64,000 nt of DNA from the NCBI GenBank assembly GCA_043803105.1, contig JAZDKJ010000006.1:468671-532670 (forward strand), read 5' to 3'. The notes under the pieces were generated by a model. That model searched no databases, was not told the DNA's origin, and saw nothing but the letters and a program-made list of their open reading frames with translations. Numbering within the stretch: position 1 is the stretch's first letter; each line of letters starts with the position of its first letter. The DNA comes from Candidatus Woesearchaeota archaeon (lineage in GTDB: Archaea; Nanobdellota; Nanobdellia; Woesearchaeales; JAZDKJ01). Shown one piece after another: positions 9,634 through 19,039 of the stretch. The position numbers and the translations under genes were made by a program.

Positions 9634-11052
9634 ATGACAGAGATTAGTAAGATAATCAAGAACACAGGAATCCTGTTTACAGGTAACATTCTGCTTAAGG
9701 CACTAACCTTCTTCCTAACGATTATTATATCAAGAAACTTGGGAGTTGCTTCCTTTGGAGAATTTAGCTTTATCGTGTCTTTTACCGCGCTGTTCAGTGT
9801 AGTTAGCGACCTCGGTATCAAGGTGATGTCAAAAAGAGAACTTTCCGTTGAGAAACAAGATAACACAAACTTAGTTTTCAATTCAATTCTTGCCAAAGCC
9901 TTTTTGTCAGTGTCAATGATTGTGGCGATTGTCATATTCTCTTTTGTTTTGGGGTTTAAAGGTGAGTTAAACCTTCTATTGTTAATGAGCCTATGTGTCA
10001 TCCTAATGTCTTTCTCTGATTATTTCAACTTTGTGTTTCAAGCGTTTGATAACATGTCTTATGGTATAATAGCTCAAGCAGAAAGAGTTATATTACGCTT
10101 GGTGCTCACCTTTCTCTTTCTATCCATTGGATTGGGATTGTGGGGAATCTTAGTAGCCTATTTGATTGCCTGCTTAGTGGAGTTAGCCACTCTCATAATA
10201 CTGTATCATATCCGGGTAAAAAGGCTGACACTAAATTTTGATTTAAGATCAACGAAAAGAATTATCATTGCTTCTTTGCCACTGGGAGGTACACTGTTTT
10301 TCACCATGTTATATTTTAAGATTGATATGACTATGCTCTTTTATTTTAGGGGCGAGATCGAATCTGGTATATATGGAGCTGCTTACAATCTTCTTGACAT
10401 GCTACAATTTATCCCATTATCCTTAACTGCTGCATTGGCTCCATGCGCCACAAGATATTTCGTTTGTAGTCGAAGGAAATTGGCCAGGTTATATCATGAT
10501 GCGTCAAAATATATGATACTAATTTCAGTACCTACCGCCTTTGGTTTTCTAGCTTTGGGAGACAAAATAATAAGTTTATTGTACGGTAATGAATTCACTT
10601 CAGCTACACCAGTTGCGCGTTTGTTGATATTTGCAGCTATTCCTCTATTCCTCAATTACGTTTCAACATCAATCCTTGTGGCCAGTCACCATGAGAAATT
10701 CAATTTATATTCTATGATTGTGGCCTTTGTTATTAATATCGTTGGTAATTTGATTCTAATCCCTTTATACGGTATTTATGGAGCAACATTTTCGACTTTG
10801 TTATGTGAGATACTACTGCTTATAGGCAACACTTGGTACATTACTAGTAAACTGTTTAAAATAAATCTTGCAAGTTACTTCTGGATACCAATTCTCTTGA
10901 GCTTCGCTACAAGTATAGTCCTTCGGTTACTAAGCTGGCTTAACACCTTTCTTTTAATTCTGATCGGCGTCGTGACTTACTCATTACTTTTGTATATTTT
11001 TGGGGTCGTGAAAGAGAAAGACTTAACCATATTCAGGTCGATAATAAAATGA
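9634..11052 (+). CDS. Wzx-type oligosaccharide flippase (MOP superfamily polysaccharide biosynthesis protein)
   Basis: 472 aa with about 12-14 TM helices. N-terminal KNTGILFTGNILLKALTFFLTIIISRNLG is typical of Wzx/RfbX. Confidence 0.8.
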   Translation: MTEISKIIKNTGILFTGNILLKALTFFLTIIISRNLGVASFGEFSFIVSFTALFSVVSDLGIKVMSKRELSVEKQDNTNLVFNSILAKAFLSVSMIVAIVIFSFVLGFKGELNLLLLMSLCVILMSFSDYFNFVFQAFDNMSYGIIAQAERVILRLVLTFLFLSIGLGLWGILVAYLIACLVELATLIILYHIRVKRLTLNFDLRSTKRIIIASLPLGGTLFFTMLYFKIDMTMLFYFRGEIESGIYGAAYNLLDMLQFIPLSLTAALAPCATRYFVCSRRKLARLYHDASKYMILISVPTAFGFLALGDKIISLLYGNEFTSATPVARLLIFAAIPLFLNYVSTSILVASHHEKFNLYSMIVAFVINIVGNLILIPLYGIYGATFSTLLCEILLLIGNTWYITSKLFKINLASYFWIPILLSFATSIVLRLLSWLNTFLLILIGVVTYSLLLYIFGVVKEKDLTIFRSIIK

Positions 11053-12065
11053 AGATGAAATACTCCAAAGGTTTCGGAAGCTTTGTAGTACGACTTGCTA
11101 TCTTTGTAGTTATTGCAATATCAATTTGGATTACCATTAAAGTTTTTTTAACAAATTCACCATTATTTAACAGGTTGTTTTTTCTTCCTGATTCTTTTTA
11201 TCCTTATTCCAAAGCAAGAGTGGGCAATATTTTATTATTGTTTGCGGTTTGCGTCATTTTGTACAATAAGAATAATTTGCTGCAGATAAAGTATTTTCCT
11301 CCTCAATATAAAGAATCAATTACCTTTTCTCTTTTTAGCATATTATTGCTTGCGTTTCATTACTATACTAGGTACATTATTAGGAATACTCTCGCTTATT
11401 TTTCAAATCATATTATCCTTGCCGTACTAATCAAGGAGTCAACACTGGTACTTTTTGTGTGTTCGTTATTAATTGCATCTTTTGGCACAAAGGTAATAAA
11501 ACACCTTATTACCAAGTACTACCTGCAACTACTTGTTTTTCTTCCTTTAAGCGTAGCTTACTATATAATTACAAGTATATTTGAGAACATTTGGCCTTTC
11601 TTTTCACGTACCGTAACCATAATTCTGCAATTTGTTTACAGTGTCGCTGGTTACAATGCCACCTACCATTTCACAACTACAGGGGTGGTTCTTAACATAA
11701 ACAATTTTAGTGTGTCCATCGGGAAGCCTTGCTCAGGAATCGACTCGCTTCTTCTTTTCCTGGTACTATGCACTTTAATCTTTATCTTGGATTTTCATGA
11801 CATGCGAAAAATCTTGTTTGTCCTATCGGTAATCACCGGAATTTTTGGAGTCTTTGCCTTGAATATTTTACGCATTTTCTTATTATTGTTAGTAGGATTG
11901 CATATATCTCCAAAGCTGTCAACCGGCCTCTTCCACACAAACATCGGATGGATACTCTTCATAATGTACTTCTTCATCTTCTGGTGGATTGCTTCTAGGT
12001 TTGTTTACAAGAAATCTAATACCCATTCGGATGTTTCATCTTCCACTCCCAAGCAGAAGAAATGA
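11049..12065 (+). CDS. Exosortase/archaeosortase family transpeptidase
   Basis: Polytopic membrane protein carrying the family Cys/Arg/His triad in context: GKPCSGIDSLLLF, ALNILRIFLLL, LFHTNIGWILF. Confidence 0.75.
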   Translation: MKMKYSKGFGSFVVRLAIFVVIAISIWITIKVFLTNSPLFNRLFFLPDSFYPYSKARVGNILLLFAVCVILYNKNNLLQIKYFPPQYKESITFSLFSILLLAFHYYTRYIIRNTLAYFSNHIILAVLIKESTLVLFVCSLLIASFGTKVIKHLITKYYLQLLVFLPLSVAYYIITSIFENIWPFFSRTVTIILQFVYSVAGYNATYHFTTTGVVLNINNFSVSIGKPCSGIDSLLLFLVLCTLIFILDFHDMRKILFVLSVITGIFGVFALNILRIFLLLLVGLHISPKLSTGLFHTNIGWILFIMYFFIFWWIASRFVYKKSNTHSDVSSSTPKQKK

Positions 12066-12136
12066 TATCCTTCAATCGTATCTGGGTTTCCAGCTTTCTT
12101 GGAGGTTTGCAAAAATTTATTTAGCAAATCGAGATT

Positions 12137-12505
12137 TTAGCCTACAATGCATACGCTTTCAGAGTCCGGTAATGATTCAGTTATGACCTGCTTGATTATT
12201 GGATTTTTCTCGATTATTTTGTTTCTTGATTTTATCTTGAATAGAAGTCTTATTTCAATTTTTCCTTCGCTTAGCATTGCTTTGTATTCCCATCTGGGTA
12301 TTTTCATCAGGATCTCTTTTTTTAAATTTAAGAATTTTGAGGCTTCAAATATCTGTATTCCCACCACAAATCCTTCTTGGTCAATGTCTACTGTGATGTT
12401 GTCCATTTCAACAGATTTCTTGTATTCACGATTTTTTGATTTTAAAAAAAGGATATCATGTTTATAATCATAGTCTGATTCTCCCGTTGTTTTTAGATTT
12501 TTCAT
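12137..12505 (-). CDS. DUF2283-like small protein (putative antitoxin partner)
   Basis: YDYKHDILFLKSKN...ITVDIDQEGFVVGIQIFEAS pattern. Overlaps the upstream DUF4258-like gene by 4 nt. Confidence 0.45.
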   Translation of the reverse strand: MKNLKTTGESDYDYKHDILFLKSKNREYKKSVEMDNITVDIDQEGFVVGIQIFEASKFLNLKKEILMKIPRWEYKAMLSEGKIEIRLLFKIKSRNKIIEKNPIIKQVITESLPDSESVCIVG

Positions 12506-12840
12506 TTTATCACCGGAACATCTTTCTTGTTTGTAACATAAAATGTGACAATTTCAATTGAATTTACCGAAATGTCCAATAACATCTTTATTATTTGACC
12601 TGTTGTAAAGTCATAATACGCCACATAAAGTCCATTATTCTGTTTTCCAACGAGTATTGGCTGTTTTTCAACAATATATCCTATTAGGTCCTCTTGTTTA
12701 ATAACCTTTCTTTGTTTTTCACTCAATCTGAAAAATGCATGGCTTGAGCATTTAATTCCTTTGAGTGTATATTGGTTTACGATGGTAAGAAAGTCTTCAG
12801 TGACAATTCTTTCCTTGATCTTATGTCCTTCTGTTACCAT
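12502..12840 (-). CDS. DUF4258-like small protein (putative toxin)
   Basis: SSHAFFRLSEKQRKVIKQEDL followed by a C-terminal beta segment IEIVTFYVT, in a two-gene operon. Confidence 0.45.
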   Translation of the reverse strand: MVTEGHKIKERIVTEDFLTIVNQYTLKGIKCSSHAFFRLSEKQRKVIKQEDLIGYIVEKQPILVGKQNNGLYVAYYDFTTGQIIKMLLDISVNSIEIVTFYVTNKKDVPVIK

Positions 12841-13017
12841 ATATTCTCGTTTGTAACATTGAAATTAGTTGTTAATAAGTATAGCCCATCATTTTCCGAA
12901 AATTTTCCAATTTGCGCAGATAAGTATAGTTTTACTTATCCTATATATAAAAAATATAATATAATAAGTATATAAATAACAACATTTAAATACTAGTATA
13001 CATAAAAGTATATTGAT

Positions 13018-13515
13018 TTGGTTAAAGATGTAAATAAAGAGGTGACAGTTGGTAATCTTCTCAGTAAATACTCTGATGTAGAGATTTGTGACCTTATTGA
13101 TGTCTTACAAGAGTACAGAAAGCAAAAAACAGAGCTTGGAATTCCAATTTCTATTTTTAGCAATCCTGAACTCGGGATTCTTGAAAGTGCAGTAAAATTT
13201 CTTAAGGAAAATCATTCCATGTCTTACGCGGCCATAGCAAAGGCTCTCAATCGTGACCAAAGAACTATCTGGTGCTCATACCATTCCGCTAACAATAAGG
13301 AACCTTCAAGATTGCCGGTTCACAAAACCACTTACCTGATACCTATATTGGTCATCTCGGAACGAAAATTCGGACCACTTGAAGCACTGGTTGTATTCTT
13401 AAGGGATAATCAGAAGTTAAGATTCACCGAAATTTCTCATATTTTACGACGTGACTATGCAACAATTTGGCGAACCTACCGTAATACAAGGAATACAAGA
13501 GGTCAAGATGTGTAA
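13018..13515 (+). CDS. Small protein with two HTH-like repeats (putative regulator)
   Basis: Internal duplication: SMSYAAIAKALNRDQRTIWCSYHSA and LRFTEISHILRRDYATIWRTYRNT. TTG start as given in the track. Sits upstream of the surface-protein gene and overlaps it. Confidence 0.45.
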   Translation: MVKDVNKEVTVGNLLSKYSDVEICDLIDVLQEYRKQKTELGIPISIFSNPELGILESAVKFLKENHSMSYAAIAKALNRDQRTIWCSYHSANNKEPSRLPVHKTTYLIPILVISERKFGPLEALVVFLRDNQKLRFTEISHILRRDYATIWRTYRNTRNTRGQDV

Positions 13516-16500
13516 CCCAACCAACAAATCAAAAAAGCACACCACAAGTTATCTCAAGGTTTGCGTCAAGCTTAATGTGGGCATCTTGTTCATAGCGCTG
13601 CTTGTGCCAATAACGTTAGCAGTCCCAAACTATGTACTGACAACTTCCAATGCAAACTATGTTGTAAATTCCACCACAGGACTTCTTGTTGAAGTGGTAA
13701 ATTCCGCAACAGGACAAACTTACATTAATGGCACCAACGGTGTAACTTTTAGCGATTCTGCGAGTAATACTATCTTTGGCGCAGATTTCAAAAATCCACT
13801 AGTTTTAACGGCTAATTTCAAGTTAATCGATTCAACAAGAATCGTTGCCGAACAGTCTCTCCCAGATTACAATATATCGTACAGCTATCAAACAATTGAC
13901 AATGAATTCTTGGAAATGGGAGTTAAGATTATCCGAAAAAATGCAAGCACTACTTCTAATTCGGAAATTCGCTTCGTATGGAAGTTAAATCCAGTATTTA
14001 GAAGGAATACTTATTTTACCCCCATAGATGGTGCCGATTTAAGCTTGAAGATGCGGACAAATACTTCAAGTGTTGTAATCCCTCGGAATTATTACAGAAT
14101 CGGCGCTAATACTATCTATATTTTCAACAATACAGAAGGATTATTGTTTGCTGTTCTCGCTCCAGAGACTATAAACTCGGAAACATCACCTTCTCACTTG
14201 GCAGATGAGTTTAGGTTTAATCCCACAGCAAATGAAGATTTTGAATGGAGAGTAAAAAGGATATTTTTTAACTCTACTTCAAGCAAAGTTGCTGTCTTTC
14301 AGGTAAATATTAGCATAATCGTCGGTAACAAACCTCAAGAAATGAAAGAAAAAATTTTCAAAACAATCTTTAATAAGACTAAATCACTTTTGGGTGATTG
14401 GTACCTTCTCGACTTGTCAACTTATCCAGATTGGAGTAAAAATCAGACCAACACTTTAGCTGAACAAGGCATAAAATTAGTCGAGATTCAGAACTGGCAG
14501 TCAAACCCATTTATTATTGATAAGGGAAATTGGAAAATCCCTGGAACCAACTATTCAACTAATGCTAGCCAACTAAATTCACTCTTAGATTATATGGTTT
14601 CAAAGGGCCTACACCCATTTCTCTATATGATACCTATAAGTCTGAATCAAACCCTGGCGGAACATTATTTTCCATCCGACATTATAATCAATCAAAGTGG
14701 AGGGTTTGCACCATTTATTGATCATGGTTATTACACAATGAGCCTCAACATGAATAGACTTTATGCAAAGAATAGAAGTCTCATGATTGATGTAATAACT
14801 GATACTTACCATAATATTTCGGGAATCTTTATTGATAGAACGGAAATCAAAATTAACGACTACGCAAACGAACATGAATCCTCATCGGGAATACGTTTTT
14901 GGGATGGCAGTGTGAATAAGAGTTTCATAGGAACTTATGATGACTACAGAAAATTTCTGGAAAACATATCCGTAAGGTTAAAAACCAAAAACAAACTGCT
15001 TTGGTTAAACTCAGTAGGGAGTTCTACTGTTGCTAAGCTAGCTGATATTGTCACTATGGATGGGAACAGTGAAACTTTCTGGGAGGATTATGCCCTATTT
15101 GGCTTGGACAAGCACACTGCTCATCTGCCTAATGATGGTGAAACACAAGCAACAAGGCTCAACGCAACAATATTGTGGGGTGCTAATATGGGCTGGGATT
15201 CATTAGACCAATTCACACTTTTTCCACTAAATAAAGACAAGAAACAATTGATTAGTATTGTTGCAAGCTCGAGATTTGTTAAGCATGAAGTCTCTCTTGA
15301 CAATAAATTGTATTATGTGGAATACGATAAAGTAATTACAACGGTTGGAAGCTGCAATTATACTGCTGTTCGAAAAGAAGATTTTTACTTCTTGAATAAT
15401 CATACTATAATTATGCGTAACATCACCAACCTTAACTGGAAATTCAGCAAAGGACCGTCAGGTAGCATAACAAATGTTATTTGGTTCGGCAACTTTGGTA
15501 TCTACAACCTTTCAGAGTCAAACGGTCTAGCCGTAGCGCAAAACGCTTCTGGCAATGTTATTGATGCTCTGGTGCCTATATGGATATCCTCCAGTTCAAA
15601 TAATGAGTCCAAAAATATCGACTCAAACCTAACAAAGACCGTAAATATTACAACAACCTTCAATGTTGAAAATTGCTCGATAGCTAAAATAAATTATACT
15701 TCTCATACCGGTTCATATTTCAAAAACTGGAACAGTGCTAATTTGACTTGTTCTAATAACAAAATTACGTTGAATCTCACTGGGGTCGAACCCGCCCAAG
15801 GAAGTAATACTTTACGAATTACATACTCTGGTCCACCTGTCTGCGGAGATTCTTCCTGCAACGGTAATGAGACCTGTGGCTCTTGCAGTCAGGATTGTGG
15901 TGTGTGCCTGTTCTGCGGCGATAGCTCCTGTAACAATGGAGAATCCTGCTCTTCCTGCCCGGCAGATTGTGGAGTTTGCCACAGTAGTGGCGGAGGCGGA
16001 GGCAGCTCCATAGCAATCAAACCCAAGCGAGACAGCAATATCAGCAAACAAAACGTCACTTTGTCGGCTCGCAATACAACCATAATTCAAAATAAAACAA
16101 AAGAAATCAAATCGTTAGACATCGTAACACCAGTCACTCAAGATAATCCAACAACAAAACCAAACATTACTGAACAGCCAGCAAGAATAAACAAGGATAA
16201 CAGAACCATCCCAATAATAGCAGTCTCAGCAGTAATTAGCGCAATCCTGACCTTGAGCATAGTAGGATTGCATAAGAAACAACACAAAGTAGCCAAACCC
16301 GTCACTAACTCATATCCAGCAGCAAAGCCTTATCCAGTCCTTACCTATGTCAAGATAAGCCAGCAAGCAAAGCCCGTCATGCCTCAAGTAGCTAAGCCAG
16401 TCTCAATCATACTGCCAAAAGAGCATCCTTATCTTGAGGCAGTCAACCAAAGGTTAAGTGAAAGCTTCGGAGATATTGAACCAGTAGATAATAACCTTAA

Positions 16501-16630
16501 GGAACAGTTAAAGCAGTGGATTATCCAGGCAAAGAGTAAAGACGTAAGTGAAGAGTACATCAAGCTCCAACTGGAGAATGCAGGCTGGGATTGGCACTAT
16601 GTGCAGGTTATAATGAATGAGCAGAACTAA
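13508..16630 (+). CDS. Large N-glycosylated surface protein with Cys-rich tandem repeats, one TM helix and a cytoplasmic tail
   Basis: Start taken at MCNPTNKSKKH followed by a signal/anchor helix. I counted about 38 N-X-S/T sequons. Two 22-aa repeats: CGDSSCNGNETCGSCSQDCGVC and CGDSSCNNGESCSSCPADCGVC. TM helix IPIIAVSAVISAILTLSIVGL followed by HKKQHK. Confidence 0.75.
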   Translation: MCNPTNKSKKHTTSYLKVCVKLNVGILFIALLVPITLAVPNYVLTTSNANYVVNSTTGLLVEVVNSATGQTYINGTNGVTFSDSASNTIFGADFKNPLVLTANFKLIDSTRIVAEQSLPDYNISYSYQTIDNEFLEMGVKIIRKNASTTSNSEIRFVWKLNPVFRRNTYFTPIDGADLSLKMRTNTSSVVIPRNYYRIGANTIYIFNNTEGLLFAVLAPETINSETSPSHLADEFRFNPTANEDFEWRVKRIFFNSTSSKVAVFQVNISIIVGNKPQEMKEKIFKTIFNKTKSLLGDWYLLDLSTYPDWSKNQTNTLAEQGIKLVEIQNWQSNPFIIDKGNWKIPGTNYSTNASQLNSLLDYMVSKGLHPFLYMIPISLNQTLAEHYFPSDIIINQSGGFAPFIDHGYYTMSLNMNRLYAKNRSLMIDVITDTYHNISGIFIDRTEIKINDYANEHESSSGIRFWDGSVNKSFIGTYDDYRKFLENISVRLKTKNKLLWLNSVGSSTVAKLADIVTMDGNSETFWEDYALFGLDKHTAHLPNDGETQATRLNATILWGANMGWDSLDQFTLFPLNKDKKQLISIVASSRFVKHEVSLDNKLYYVEYDKVITTVGSCNYTAVRKEDFYFLNNHTIIMRNITNLNWKFSKGPSGSITNVIWFGNFGIYNLSESNGLAVAQNASGNVIDALVPIWISSSSNNESKNIDSNLTKTVNITTTFNVENCSIAKINYTSHTGSYFKNWNSANLTCSNNKITLNLTGVEPAQGSNTLRITYSGPPVCGDSSCNGNETCGSCSQDCGVCLFCGDSSCNNGESCSSCPADCGVCHSSGGGGGSSIAIKPKRDSNISKQNVTLSARNTTIIQNKTKEIKSLDIVTPVTQDNPTTKPNITEQPARINKDNRTIPIIAVSAVISAILTLSIVGLHKKQHKVAKPVTNSYPAAKPYPVLTYVKISQQAKPVMPQVAKPVSIILPKEHPYLEAVNQRLSESFGDIEPVDNNLKEQLKQWIIQAKSKDVSEEYIKLQLENAGWDWHYVQVIMNEQN

Positions 16631-16703
16631 AACACAGCAACCCGGATATTTCACGGATTTTCTAACGTAAAGTTAATAAAGTTAAACTCATTATTGTCTC
16701 TTT

Positions 16704-16871
16704 ATGGCAACATCGATAGATTCAATCCATAGGGACATCCTGGAACTTAAGAAAGATGTTGAGGTAATCAAGGATATCCTTAAGGAGGATTTTGAGTTGA
16801 GTGATACTGCCAAGAAGAGATTGGCCCAGGCTAGGAACACTCCTGAATCTGAATATATTGCACTGGAATGA
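16704..16871 (+). CDS. Small antitoxin (RelB-like partner), 55 aa
   Basis: Below the ORF-track threshold. Sequence MATSIDSIHRDILELKKDVEVIKDILKEDFELSDTAKKRLAQARNTPESEYIALE. Its TGA overlaps the ATG of the RelE gene (ATGA). Confidence 0.6.
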   Translation: MATSIDSIHRDILELKKDVEVIKDILKEDFELSDTAKKRLAQARNTPESEYIALE

Positions 16872-17134
16872 GTTTTGAAGTAAGATTGCATCCTGATGTG
16901 AATCGTTTTCTTGAAAAATGCAATCTTTCCCTTAAAGAAAGAATAGTCAGTAAATTACGTTTATTAAAGGAAAACCCTGAGCATTATCTAGACCATTTGC
17001 AAGGTACAGACTATGCCAAATTGCGGATTGGAGATTACAGATGCTTAATCGATCTGGATTTGAAACGCAAGATTGTGTTTGTAAGAGTCATTGATCATAG
17101 GAGAAGGATTTACCAAAAAATACCTGAATCATGA
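16868..17134 (+). CDS. relE: RelE/ParE-family mRNA interferase toxin
   Basis: 88 aa with LRIGDYRCLIDLDLKRKIVFVRVIDHRRRIY, typical of the RelE/StbE core. Confidence 0.8.
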   Translation: MSFEVRLHPDVNRFLEKCNLSLKERIVSKLRLLKENPEHYLDHLQGTDYAKLRIGDYRCLIDLDLKRKIVFVRVIDHRRRIYQKIPES

Positions 17135-17256
17135 TTTGTGGTTTTCCCATTGGTCTCTTGCAATTTTGTTTACAAGAAAAGATCATTAAGGGAAAGAATT
17201 GGTTTACAGGCTTGCAGCTATTCCAAATAATGATTCAAAAAAGACGAATTACTGCG

Positions 17257-17568
17257 TCAGCTTGAATAATAGCTGCTTTTCTTATAGCCAAGTTTTAGCC
17301 TTATTTCATCATAGGCTTTATGGTTTTGCAGGTGTAATTCCATGAATTCTGCATTTTGCTTTTTTGTGAGAACTGCCCTCACATTGTCCCCAATCTTTCT
17401 GAAGAATACGAAAATGTCTTTGTACTTTTTATTTGTAGGTACAGACCCCTTGCTTTTTTTGTCCTTGCAGTCTTGGCACCATTGAATTAGTTCTGTCTGC
17501 ATATTCTCTTTTAAGTCTTGGAAATGTTTGTCAAATTCTGGATTTATCTGTAATTGCGGTCCAAGCAT
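17257..17568 (-). CDS. Hypothetical protein downstream of a nucleotidyltransferase
   Basis: Start taken at ATG 17568, just after the upstream stop at 17570-17572. No motif recognised. Confidence 0.4.
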   Translation of the reverse strand: MLGPQLQINPEFDKHFQDLKENMQTELIQWCQDCKDKKSKGSVPTNKKYKDIFVFFRKIGDNVRAVLTKKQNAEFMELHLQNHKAYDEIRLKLGYKKSSYYSS

Positions 17569-17569
17569 T

Positions 17570-18421
17570 TCATGCAGTTTCTGCTTTGCTTCGTCTGGTT
17601 TCATTGATGATATCCTCATATAGGATTTTATATCTTGTGAGGTTGTCTGTGCTGTCTTCTGACCTGATTGCTTTCTCCAGCACTTTTATGTAGTTGTGCA
17701 GGCTGACATAGATATAGCTTTTTTTGAATGAATGCAGGATTAGTTCCTTTGTGAACCTTTCTAACTCTTCTGTTTTTAGTGCTGCTGCTGTCTCTTTCAG
17801 GCTTTTTCCATCTAAAAGTATGTTTTTTGTTTGCCAATTATATTGGAACACGAGCGTTCTTGTCTGCTCTCTTTCCTTTTTTTCCATTATTTCTATGGTC
17901 GCTTCATGGTATATAGACATTATTTCGCTTATTTTCAGAGGTTTTTTTTGTGGTTTAGTATTTATTGGAAAATTGCTGACTGCTATTCTTGCTGCGGCAG
18001 CAATTACTGGTGTGTTGAGCTTTTTTTCTGTCAATTCTATCATGTGAAGTTTGTCTTCATGCGTTTCCTTGTAACCCCTTTCCTTTATTATGAACAGGTC
18101 AATGTCCTTGTATTCCCTCTTGAATAGGAATGATCCTGCTATGAATGCCTTTGGGTAAGGTTTTAGAATCTCTTTTGCTGTTTTTAGCTTTTCTTCCAGA
18201 ATATTCTCTTGTCCGTAGATGTAGTATTCTCCTTCTTTTGATGTTGTCTCTAATGCCTCTATTTTTTTCTTGATTGAAGTATACAACTGGTATCTCTCGT
18301 TCTTGTCAAGCTGTTCTTTTGCTGCATATTTTCTTATTATGTCCATCTGCTTGCTTGTGAAGATATATTTTGTGAATCTATCCTTGTTTTCTAAGATAAT
18401 TTTTAATATTTTATCATTCAT
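17570..18421 (-). CDS. Nucleotidyltransferase-domain protein with helical C-terminal domain
   Basis: AFIAGSFLFKREYKDIDLFII is a GS...DxD pol-beta-type NTase motif. Confidence 0.6.
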   Translation of the reverse strand: MNDKILKIILENKDRFTKYIFTSKQMDIIRKYAAKEQLDKNERYQLYTSIKKKIEALETTSKEGEYYIYGQENILEEKLKTAKEILKPYPKAFIAGSFLFKREYKDIDLFIIKERGYKETHEDKLHMIELTEKKLNTPVIAAAARIAVSNFPINTKPQKKPLKISEIMSIYHEATIEIMEKKEREQTRTLVFQYNWQTKNILLDGKSLKETAAALKTEELERFTKELILHSFKKSYIYVSLHNYIKVLEKAIRSEDSTDNLTRYKILYEDIINETRRSKAETA

Positions 18422-18530
18422 ATTAGCTTAAAACATAAGTTTATTTATAAACTTTACTAATTAATCATGTTTCTTATTATTTGGATTTTCTAAATCTCTT
18501 GATATTCCATCCACCACAAGCTGCATTTTG

Positions 18531-18752
18531 TCAGCGTTTGCCGGCAAACTTTTGCCAAGCTTCCTTTCTGTCGCGCCTTGCCAGCTCAACAGACCATTTT
18601 GTTAGCTCCTTCTCTTCCCGCGACTTTAGCCTGTCTAGAATTTGCGTTTTCTTAAGGAGCTCTTCTCTCGCCAATTCTGACCAGTTGACCCAGGGAAATT
18701 TCTCGAGTCGAGACTTTAATTCAGTATCCAAGGCAAAGGTAATGCTTGCCAT
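18531..18752 (-). CDS. Ribbon-helix-helix protein (antitoxin-like)
   Basis: MASITFALDTELKSRLEKFPWVNWSELAREELL. Its ATG overlaps the TGA of the upstream RHH gene. Confidence 0.55.
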   Translation of the reverse strand: MASITFALDTELKSRLEKFPWVNWSELAREELLKKTQILDRLKSREEKELTKWSVELARRDRKEAWQKFAGKR

Positions 18753-18901
18753 CAAAATTCACCTCTTTCTTTTAGTTCTTCAAGCTTCTCAAGCCGTTTG
18801 ATGATTGCAGCCCTGACTACTTCAGCCCAGTTGATTTCAGGATGCTTTAGGCGGAGCCGCTTGATTAGGTCTTCAGGCACAGATACAGTCATTTTTCCCA
18901 T
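18752..18901 (-). CDS. Ribbon-helix-helix protein, 49 aa
   Basis: Below the track threshold. MGKMTVSVPEDLIKRLRLKHPEINWAEVVRAAIIKRLEKLEELKERGEF is a paralogue of the downstream gene. Confidence 0.5.
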   Translation of the reverse strand: MGKMTVSVPEDLIKRLRLKHPEINWAEVVRAAIIKRLEKLEELKERGEF

Positions 18902-19039
18902 TATCGCCACCTCAACGTATTTACTTTAACATAAGTAATTACTTATATAAAGTTTCCGTTTAAGGCGGTTCAATTTCGTTAGAATTCACGCATTAAAATA
19001 GGTGTGCTAGTTTACTTCGGAAGTCCTCCGATTTCAGCG

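Noticed and set aside
16190-16290. IPIIAV-TM-HKKQHK in the large surface protein resembles an archaeosortase tripartite sorting signal.
   Set aside because: About 170 residues follow the basic cluster, whereas known sortase signals sit at the extreme C-terminus. Kept only as a remote possibility.
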